Shown: positions 27,480 through 33,501, counted from the stretch's first letter. The stretch is 59,598 nt of DNA from an archaeon UBA543 (GCA_002502135.1 DAPM01000005.1:1-59598), one strand, 5' to 3'. The notes: generated by a model not told the origin, from the sequence alone. A program made the numbers and translations.

Positions 27480-28115
27480 TTAAAAATCAACTGGTGGGGC
27501 TATCCTTCGCTTAACTCGTGTATTAACCCACCACTCACCTTCTTTCACTCCTGCTTTAGCAAGATTTTGGAGCCTCACTCTTACTGTTTGTACAGCCTTA
27601 CACTTTTCAACACCTCGCTTTTGTACAAAATCTCTAATTTTTTCCGGACTAGTGTGTCTTCTTAATTTTCTTCGTCTTTCCACTTCATCTTTCTCTTTCA
27701 CCCTCTCTTTAATTATCTGAATATACGTAATTATCAGCTGGTCAATAATAAAATAATTTTTTGAAATATCATTATCTGGAACAGCAATGTCAATGGCATC
27801 TTTTGCAACTGTTAATCCCCATCCCTTTTCAACATGCTCTATTATTTCAGCTCGTTTGAGCAAACACTGAAAATTATTTGCATCTGGTTTCACCCATTCA
27901 TCACTTTTTTTAGTCACTCCCCACCCCTTAAACACTTTAATTTTTTCTCCCTCACACGTTTCCACAAATTCTGACCACTTTATTTTTTTATGATATTTTG
28001 CAACTTTACTTAATTTTTTTAATAAATACAAGTAGCTTGGATTCAATCTTGTAAGCTTTTTTATATCTTCTTTAACAACACCTACAATTCTCGGGTCTGG
28101 GTTTTCTGTCATCAA
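27480..28115 (-). CDS. hypothetical protein (basic C-terminal region, possibly DNA-binding)
   Basis: 211-aa ATG ORF. The overlapping plus-strand ORF 27453-27665 is judged spurious. Confidence 0.45.
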   Translation of the reverse strand: MMTENPDPRIVGVVKEDIKKLTRLNPSYLYLLKKLSKVAKYHKKIKWSEFVETCEGEKIKVFKGWGVTKKSDEWVKPDANNFQCLLKRAEIIEHVEKGWGLTVAKDAIDIAVPDNDISKNYFIIDQLIITYIQIIKERVKEKDEVERRRKLRRHTSPEKIRDFVQKRGVEKCKAVQTVRVRLQNLAKAGVKEGEWWVNTRVKRRIAPPVDF

Positions 28116-28154
28116 TTAACATTAAATTTACAGCTTGATATAATTAACTATTTC

Positions 28155-28191
28155 AAAATAAAAAAGTAACCAGCAGCTTTTTACAGCTGCT
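28155..28191 (-). terminator. hairpin plus T-run terminator candidate
   Basis: Stem AGCAGCT/AGCTGCT (28172-28191), followed on the minus strand by a T-rich run. Lies just downstream of the stop at 28207. Confidence 0.4.
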
Positions 28192-28206
28192 AGTTTAGAT
28201 TAATTT

Positions 28207-28623
28207 TTACTCTGCAGGTGCTTCTTCTGGTGCTGGCTCTTCTGCTGGAGCAGCTTCCTCTGCCGGTGCCTCTGCCTCAGCTGGAGCTTCTGCTTCTGCA
28301 GGTGCAGCTTCTTCCACTGGTGCTTCTTCAACAGGTGCGGTTTCTGCTTCTGCTGGAGCTTCTGTTGGTGCAGCTGGTGTCTCGCTAGGTATAGCTGCCA
28401 TTTCTTTTATTCTAGCACAGATAAACTCTACAACTTCTGGTGCATCTGGAATTGTGAAGCTCTTCTTGAACCTCTTAGTTCCATCCGGTGCGAAAAAGCC
28501 GCGTGAAATTGCGACAAACTCGTTTGTACCTTCCGGTGCTATAGCCCTTTTTCGAGCAACTTCAATGAAGTTGTTGTTTCCAAAGGGTACTTCTTCTGCT
28601 TTAATTGTTTCAAATTCTACCAT
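28207..28623 (-). CDS. hypothetical protein with Pro/Ala/Glu-repeat tail (N-domain possibly PC4/ssDNA-binding-like)
   Basis: The ATG at 28623 is preceded by GGAGG 8 nt upstream. The C-terminus is made of APAEAE repeats. The N-domain guess is weak. Confidence 0.5.
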   Translation of the reverse strand: MVEFETIKAEEVPFGNNNFIEVARKRAIAPEGTNEFVAISRGFFAPDGTKRFKKSFTIPDAPEVVEFICARIKEMAAIPSETPAAPTEAPAEAETAPVEEAPVEEAAPAEAEAPAEAEAPAEEAAPAEEPAPEEAPAE

Positions 28624-28734
28624 TTTCTTTTCCTCCAAATTAAGTAACAACCGAAAACTCTAGTGTTCCTAGGGGTCGTATTGTAACTTTTTGCATTCTA
28701 GAACTAGAATAAGTAATTTAAAAGGTTTTTGATT

Positions 28735-29697
28735 TTACTTCTCAAGATCGCCAATATCACTTTCCACCATCTTCTTGAACTGTTCCACTTCTTCTGCAAG
28801 CTCTTCTCCTCCCTCTTTCAGTTTCCCAATAATAACATCAGCAACCCCAATAAACCCAGAGCAGTCACATTTCACCATATCTACAGGACGCACAGTACAG
28901 AATTTTATATTGAATAATTCATCTGGTCCTGACATACCACTTTCATCATACCCTTCTAAAGTCAGAATCGACAGAATATAAGCGCTATCTGCAGTCTCAG
29001 CAATTGAACTGCTCTTGATTTTGTAGCCTGGATAGTCTTCAAGTAGGAAAGTCAGCTTCTCTGGCGACTTGTATTGAGCAACACTCTCTTCAAACAATTC
29101 ATCAGCACTCAGCATCTGCATCACACTTCGTACATGCAGGCAATCTGGTGCTTCAGTTTTGAAAACAGTTCCGAAAATCGGCAGATCAAGGCCCGCTTTC
29201 GTAGGTTTTGGAGTCAAAACACCAACTACTGAAACTACTATAATCGTTATCAAGAGCACTGTTCCGATAATTTTCTTATTATCGTGCATGAATTGCTGAA
29301 TTTTGGTCTTGCCTTTTGCCCTCTGGTCATGCCGTTGCTTGTAAAAGAAAAAGTAGAAACTGATCATAGTTGAAATCGAGAGTAGGATTCCTGTTACAAA
29401 ACTCTTCAGCGGAGCCAAAATGAAGCCGGGTAGGTCCCAGAAACTTGGTAAAAACTGGCCTAACTGCAGGGACAGGAAGAAAATACAGCTTCCGAGGCAG
29501 ATTCTGGCTACCATTCGGTAGCTCCATGAGATTTTGGGCAGTCCATGCCTTGCTAGCGAGCCGTAAAATAGTATGAGTGAGAGCGCACCTAGCAAAGTAC
29601 CCCACGTTATGAGCATTGGTAAGTACTGAATCAGTTTGGTCAGGTCAGGCATATGTTCGATTATGCTGGTTTGGTTTAAATAATTATGTTTTTCCAC
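28735..29697 (-). CDS. membrane protein, hypothetical
   Basis: 320 aa with about 5 TM helices and a soluble C-domain. The tracked start is GTG. An ATG at 29652 lies ~25 nt downstream of a TATA-like box and may be the true start. Confidence 0.5.
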   Translation of the reverse strand: MEKHNYLNQTSIIEHMPDLTKLIQYLPMLITWGTLLGALSLILFYGSLARHGLPKISWSYRMVARICLGSCIFFLSLQLGQFLPSFWDLPGFILAPLKSFVTGILLSISTMISFYFFFYKQRHDQRAKGKTKIQQFMHDNKKIIGTVLLITIIVVSVVGVLTPKPTKAGLDLPIFGTVFKTEAPDCLHVRSVMQMLSADELFEESVAQYKSPEKLTFLLEDYPGYKIKSSSIAETADSAYILSILTLEGYDESGMSGPDELFNIKFCTVRPVDMVKCDCSGFIGVADVIIGKLKEGGEELAEEVEQFKKMVESDIGDLEK

Positions 29698-29710
29698 TAA
29701 AAATACCCTT

Positions 29711-29728
29711 GTCTATACACCTGTATAG
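29711..29728. repeat. left terminal inverted repeat of the island
   Basis: GTCTATACACCTGTATAG is the exact reverse complement of 33594-33611. Confidence 0.85.
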
Positions 29729-29763
29729 TGGTGGGTAGATGGGTAGATTGTAGATAGGTAGAC
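29729..29763. repeat. degenerate heptamer array (GGTAGAT units)
   Basis: TGGTGGGTAGATGGGTAGATTGTAGATAGGTAGAC. The 12-mer GGTAGATTGTAG recurs inverted at 30595-30606. Confidence 0.65.
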
Positions 29764-29813
29764 AAAAATTAAACCACTTCTACTGCTACTGGTTTTCACT
29801 CGCTTTTCTAATT

Positions 29814-29844
29814 TCTATTAATTATTATCTATATAGTAAATAAT
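29814..29844 (+). promoter_or_regulatory. promoter/operator module, copy 3 (no ORF downstream)
   Basis: TCTATTAATTATTATCTATATAGTAAATAAT is 26/31 identical to the minus-strand reading of 20318-20348. It is followed by TAGG rather than ATG. Confidence 0.45.
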
Positions 29845-30028
29845 TAGGTTATTTTTAATCCAACCCATAAGGCACACTCACAAAATCATTCTCAAAAATC
29901 CTACACCTTTCCACTTCTCACAAACCGATTTTTCACACACAATCCCACATCCCTCACACACAAAACCCTCACAAATCCCCCGAAACACGTATAAATCCCA
30001 AGATCCTACACATAAACACTCACAAACT

Positions 30029-30122
30029 GCGCCGGTAGTTTAGCCTGGTATGACCTAAGCTTCCCAAGCCTCTCAAAAGGCGAAAACAGCTTATGACCCG
30101 AGTTCGAATCTCGGCCGGCGCA
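30029..30122 (+). tRNA. tRNA-Gly (anticodon CCC) with an intron of about 21 nt in the anticodon loop
   Basis: Acceptor GCGCCGG/CCGGCGC, T-arm CCGAG-TTCGAAT-CTCGG, anticodon stem TAAGC...GCTTA with loop start TTCCCA. About 21 extra nt (~30067-30087) lie at the canonical 37/38 position. Confidence 0.8.
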
Positions 30123-30181
30123 TTTTTTCTTTCTCACAATACCTCTAAATACTGACAAATGTCCATATTCTAACTCTCCCA

Positions 30182-30254
30182 AACTCCGTCTCGCCACGGA
30201 GGATGGCGGTAGGGCGTTCGTGCTTCGCACGAAGCCCTGTTTTGAAGTTGGTTC
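30182..30254 (+). ncRNA. candidate structured RNA element, copy B (unknown class)
   Basis: Same 37-nt 5' part as copy A. The hairpin at 30212-30238 has a UUCG tetraloop and the same bulged G, and the same CTGTTTTGAA tail follows. TATA-like CTCTAAATA lies ~30 nt upstream. Confidence 0.45.
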
Positions 30255-30447
30255 GGTCTGTTTAAGTGACTATTGTCAGTTATTCTAACTCTCACAAACG
30301 AAATATTCACTTAATTTTCGGTAGTGCGCTTGCTATCGGTTTTGATATATCAGAGTTTTCATATATCCCTGCACATAAAACCTATATCCTTAACAATATA
30401 AATTCTATCTCTCACACCCAAAAACCCAATACCTGACAAATGTCATG

Positions 30448-30614
30448 TAGTGGGTAGTTGGTGGTTGGTAGTAGGTAGAATTATGATATTTTGCACCAAA
30501 ACACCCCAAAACTAGGAAATTTATCAAAAATCAGCCAAAACCACCATATCAGTGACAAATGTCACTTATTCGCACCTTCTCTACTCTCCACCCACTACAA
30601 TCTACCTTCCACCC
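30448..30614. repeat. inverted pair of GGTAG-type heptamer arrays
   Basis: Array at 30448-30480 (TAGTGGGTAGTTGGTGGTTGGTAGTAGGTAGAA) and an approximate inverted partner at 30576-30614. Confidence 0.55.
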
Positions 30615-30890
30615 AATAAAATTCCAGTTTTAGTAATTTATCCAGCAAAACATCAATTTCAATACTCCTAAAACCACTAGCATGAAATATGTCAGGTCGC
30701 AAAACCAATAGCAACAAATATGTCATCTGACATATCTTACATATAAATCTGACATATGTACTGTTTGCCCTACATCAAAAACCGCTAGCCTGCGACTAAA
30801 ACCGATAGCAGTGAAATGTCAGATATGTAAGCTTACATATCTTACACGTTTTTCGAAAGGTTTATAAGGGAGAAAGCACTACCCACCGAC

Positions 30891-31445
30891 ATGAAACTGT
30901 TCTCATTTTTCAAGAAAAAACCCAAAAATGTGTCCGATATGTCAGGTGACACATTACCTGACACATCAGATGTATCAGATGACACATCTGACATATCAGA
31001 GGTGACAAATGTCCCTGTTTCACGCGAAGATCCACTTTTCACTATTTCAAGACAACTAACTCAAGTTCAATACGAACTCAAAGACATCAAACCACTTATT
31101 GAATCTAGCACACAAAGCCTTCGCGAAGACCACTACAGATTACTCGAAGAACAAGCAAAAACAGTTGAAGAATACAAAAAACACCTTAATTACAAGAAAG
31201 AAAACCTGAAGCAAGCAAAACAACGAGTAGAAACTGAATTAAAACACATAGACGTCGACAGCAAAATCTTAGATCACCTTTCAATAGCCCCAAAACGCAC
31301 AGTAGAAATTTCTGAAGAATTAAAAATTAGCAGAGGCTATGCTGCAGAACGTGTGAAAGCATTACTTGAAGCAGGCCAAATCGACCGCTTCAAACAAGGT
31401 AAAAAAGCTTATTACAAAATCCCAAAACCAGAAGCAAGCAACTAA
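30891..31445 (+). CDS. hypothetical DNA-binding protein (iteron-encoded Ser/Asp repeat, coiled coil, C-terminal winged-helix-like)
   Basis: 184 aa. TATA-like TTTATAAGG ends ~20 nt before the ATG. N-terminus MKLFSFFKKK, and C-terminus ISRGYAAERVKALLEAGQIDRFKQGKKAYYKI looks like a wHTH. Confidence 0.55.
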   Translation: MKLFSFFKKKPKNVSDMSGDTLPDTSDVSDDTSDISEVTNVPVSREDPLFTISRQLTQVQYELKDIKPLIESSTQSLREDHYRLLEEQAKTVEEYKKHLNYKKENLKQAKQRVETELKHIDVDSKILDHLSIAPKRTVEISEELKISRGYAAERVKALLEAGQIDRFKQGKKAYYKIPKPEASN

Positions 31446-31446
31446 A

Positions 31447-31557
31447 CTACTTCTTCTTTTGTCTCTTGGCCTTAGCCTTCCTTTTCCTAATTTTCTTCTT
31501 TGTAGTGCGCCATCTCTCACTACCTTTCTTTTTAAAATTCCGTGGTTTACTCTTCAT
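31447..31557 (-). CDS. 36-aa extremely basic peptide, putative
   Basis: MKSKPRNFKKKGSERWRTTKKKIRKRKAKAKRQKKK. TTATAAA box lies ~25-31 nt upstream of the ATG. Absent from the ORF track because it is under 60 aa. Confidence 0.4.
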   Translation of the reverse strand: MKSKPRNFKKKGSERWRTTKKKIRKRKAKAKRQKKK

Positions 31558-31666
31558 TACTCGGTCTTGATGCCACTGGTTGTTTATAAGGTTTCCCCCC
31601 TATTCTCAATAACCGAAAAAATAACTCTCACAAAAATATTTAAACTACAACCAACATCTTCTTTTT

Positions 31667-31876
31667 ATGGTTAAAGATAGACAAATTCATACATATCCCG
31701 ATCTTAAAAAAAGATTAGCAAAAGCACGAAAACATCTCGATGCTATCGATGAAAAAATAAAAGCTGACAACGATCCTGCAGCAATCAAAGAGCTAGCTCG
31801 TACAGTCGATTATCTTGGTTTTGTTTTGGATGACGTCTTAGCTGTGTTATATCAAAGAAGACTCCTCAAGGAATAA
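31667..31876 (+). CDS. small hypothetical protein (69 aa)
   Basis: The ATG is preceded by CTCACAAAA-ATATTTAAA (word plus TATA) at about -25. Confidence 0.5.
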   Translation: MVKDRQIHTYPDLKKRLAKARKHLDAIDEKIKADNDPAAIKELARTVDYLGFVLDDVLAVLYQRRLLKE

Positions 31877-31878
31877 AC

Positions 31879-32472
31879 TTAGTCGCTTCCTCTCGCTTTT
31901 GCAGTCTGAACCAACGAATTATACTCACTAGCAACATGCTCCCAAAACCTACTAAACTGAGTACTAGGTCTCACAATTTTTTTGTAGTATTTCTGCTTTG
32001 ATCTCTCGTGTGTAAATGCCTCACGCTCCAATCTTACCATCCCAACACGTCTCAATCTCGGCAGGATAACGTTGTAAAACGTGGCTTTTGAGAACTCTTT
32101 TTCCCGAATAAACGCACCAATATCATCTCCACGCAATACCTGCTTCTCAAACAACAAACCCATGAATTCTATCGCCATCAGGTGATATTTTTGCTGATAT
32201 TTCGGTGGAAAAACCAATTCCAAAATCTGATTTAGCTCAACTCTCACATTCTTATGATATGCCCAATTGTCTCGCAGCCTCTTGATATCGTCAAACCAAA
32301 TCGACTCTTTGCTTGGCACGCCCCGGCTCGCAGGTCCTCCAACATTCGAACTTGGTTTTTTAGAATTATCTCGCTCAACAACTTGCACAACCTCGGATGC
32401 ATACTCAATATCATTATGGTGTTTATTATCCATAATCTCGGGTATGACATCTTGGTATTTAAAACTTACCAT
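31879..32472 (-). CDS. hypothetical protein with C-terminal winged-helix-like segment
   Basis: 197 aa. FSKATFYNVILPRLRRVGMVRLER resembles a wHTH recognition region. Its promoter lies within the 43-nt repeat. Confidence 0.5.
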   Translation of the reverse strand: MVSFKYQDVIPEIMDNKHHNDIEYASEVVQVVERDNSKKPSSNVGGPASRGVPSKESIWFDDIKRLRDNWAYHKNVRVELNQILELVFPPKYQQKYHLMAIEFMGLLFEKQVLRGDDIGAFIREKEFSKATFYNVILPRLRRVGMVRLEREAFTHERSKQKYYKKIVRPSTQFSRFWEHVASEYNSLVQTAKARGSD

Positions 32473-32495
32473 TATAGTAAACTCTGACGCAAACT

Positions 32496-32538
32496 ACTTT
32501 ATCAAAAAACTGGTTCCGGTCTACCATAACGGTGTGAT
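32496..32538. repeat. 43-nt direct repeat, copy 1 (TATA plus TACCA-N3-xGGTx dyad)
   Basis: 34/43 identical to 32598-32640 by my hand alignment. On the minus strand it supplies TTTTTGATAAAG about 30 nt upstream of the ATG at 32472. Confidence 0.65.
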
Positions 32539-32597
32539 ATCACTTTTTTGGTTGACAGGGGCTAGGGTATGCGATTAAACAATACTTTTTTCTGAAA

Positions 32598-32640
32598 ACT
32601 TTATCAAAAACATGATTTCAGTCTACCATATTGGTATGAT
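32598..32640. repeat. 43-nt direct repeat, copy 2
   Basis: Contains the perfect dyad TACCATATTGGTA (32624-32636). Confidence 0.65.
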
Positions 32641-32681
32641 TAGCACCAATTAAAAGTTATAATAATCAAGTTCTCCGAAAC

Positions 32682-32696
32682 ATACCACAATGGTAT
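32682..32696. promoter_or_regulatory. dyad ATACCA-N3-TGGTAT
   Basis: Perfect 6-nt arms. This is the third member of the ACCA-N3-TGGT series. Confidence 0.5.
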
Positions 32697-32698
32697 AT

Positions 32699-33025
32699 TT
32701 ACTCAGTTTCTGGTGTAGTTGCTTCAGTTCTTTGCGCCAAGCTTCTAAAAAGCAAATTCTCAAAATCTGTAGCTAAATTATGCCCATTTTCTGTTAAACT
32801 GATGTATTTTACACGTCCATCCTTGTTAAATTCAACAAGTCCGTGTTCCTGCATCTTTTGAAGCAGTTTTACAGTGTGAGCGTACGTGCAATCAATCTTT
32901 TTAGCTAAATTGCTTGCATAAGCGTCTCGATCAGCCTGTTTGATGTGAACTAGTAGTCTAGCTGGTTTTTTTCTAAGAAACATCTCTTCTAATTGAATAT
33001 TTGTTGCCATAATTGTAACCCCCAT
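32699..33025 (-). CDS. winged-helix transcriptional regulator (ArsR/MarR-like), putative
   Basis: 108 aa. ASNLAKKIDCTYAHTVKLLQKMQEHGLVEFNKDGRVKYISLTENG is a classical wHTH layout. An alternative ATG at 33010 fits the TATA spacing better. Confidence 0.65.
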   Translation of the reverse strand: MGVTIMATNIQLEEMFLRKKPARLLVHIKQADRDAYASNLAKKIDCTYAHTVKLLQKMQEHGLVEFNKDGRVKYISLTENGHNLATDFENLLFRSLAQRTEATTPETE

Positions 33026-33028
33026 ACG

Positions 33029-33056
33029 AAACCAGATAAATTGTGAGATCTGGTTT
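33029..33056. promoter_or_regulatory. inverted repeat over the wHTH gene promoter
   Basis: AAACCAGAT-N10-ATCTGGTTT with perfect 9-nt arms. The spacer contains ATTGTGAG and overlaps the TATA-like region. Confidence 0.55.
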
Positions 33057-33458
33057 TTGTATCTTCCAAAACAATGTTTTGAACGACAGGTATTCTAAAG
33101 GTAGTATTAGTATATAATCTTTTTCACTTTACATTTGTCACTACTTTCTGAAAACCGATAGCAGTCGCCACGTTCAATTTATCACTCAAAAGTTCGTTTG
33201 TGAGACTTAGCTATTAGCTTTTAGCTTTTGGCTCTTAGCTAACAACTAAAAGCCAATTGCCAACAGCTAATTTGTGAGACCGAAAAAACAACTCTAACAA
33301 AAAATTTAGCAGAGTTGCGGTTTTGTGAGTGAAAAATCAATTTGTGAGAGTTTTGAGTTAGCTATTCTTGTTCTGATCTAGTTGAATGGGCGTGTAGAGT
33401 GTAGTAAATTAGTGAATTAGATTCTGAAAAATTTTTGTGAGACTTAAATATTTGTGAA
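33040..33458 (-). repeat. array of CTCACAAA words in inverted orientation (at least 6 copies)
   Basis: The plus strand reads (T/A)TTGTGAG at 33040, 33197, 33271, 33322, 33341 and 33435, with a variant at 33451. Confidence 0.7.
33207..33241. repeat. five in-phase heptamers TTAGCTN
   Basis: TTAGCTA TTAGCTT TTAGCTT TTGGCTC TTAGCTA. An approximate inverted partner follows at 33246-33275. Confidence 0.75.
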
Positions 33459-33468
33459 ATTTATCCAA

Positions 33469-33501
33469 GGGGCATAGGAGCTAGGGAGCTAAGGGGCATG
33501 G
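33469..33501. repeat. degenerate G-rich 7-8-mer array
   Basis: GGGGCATAGGAGCTAGGGAGCTAAGGGGCATGG. An approximate inverted partner sits at 33541-33580. Confidence 0.55.

Larger units (their letters stand above)
29877..30418 (+). repeat. array of CTCACA(A/C)A words (at least 7 copies)
   Basis: Copies begin at 29877, 29917, 29953, 29968, 30019, 30133, 30291 and 30411. One abuts the 5' end of tRNA-Gly. Confidence 0.7.
30153..31014. repeat. iteron array of TGACA-(A/T)3-TGTCA-type dyads and half-sites
   Basis: TGACAAATGTC(A/C) at 30153, 30434 and 30553. Variants or half-sites at 30267, 30687, 30717-30734 (8-nt arms), 30749 and 30812. At least 6 more lie inside the CDS at 30935-31014. Confidence 0.75.

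Noticed and set aside
30006-30230. Tracked 74-aa minus-strand ORF
   Set aside because: It lies entirely antisense to tRNA-Gly and the structured element, which explain the sequence better.
10681-30254. The two ~75-nt elements as attL/attR of a 19.5-kb integrated element
   Set aside because: The interval contains the origin, orc1/cdc6, both PolD subunits and hef, which is core replication machinery. The copies also differ by compensatory hairpin changes rather than being exact integration duplicates.
31366-31674. Tracked 102-aa plus-strand ORF overlapping the end of 30891-31445
   Set aside because: It has no promoter-like element and overlaps a better-supported gene. Its span is better explained by the minus-strand poly-basic micro-ORF with a correctly spaced TATA box plus the promoter of ORF 31667.
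30153-33501. Possible CRISPR array, given the many short repeats
   Set aside because: The repeat units are 7-14 nt words or dyads with irregular spacing. They are not 24-40 nt direct repeats separated by unique spacers of similar size. No cas genes are visible anywhere in the window.
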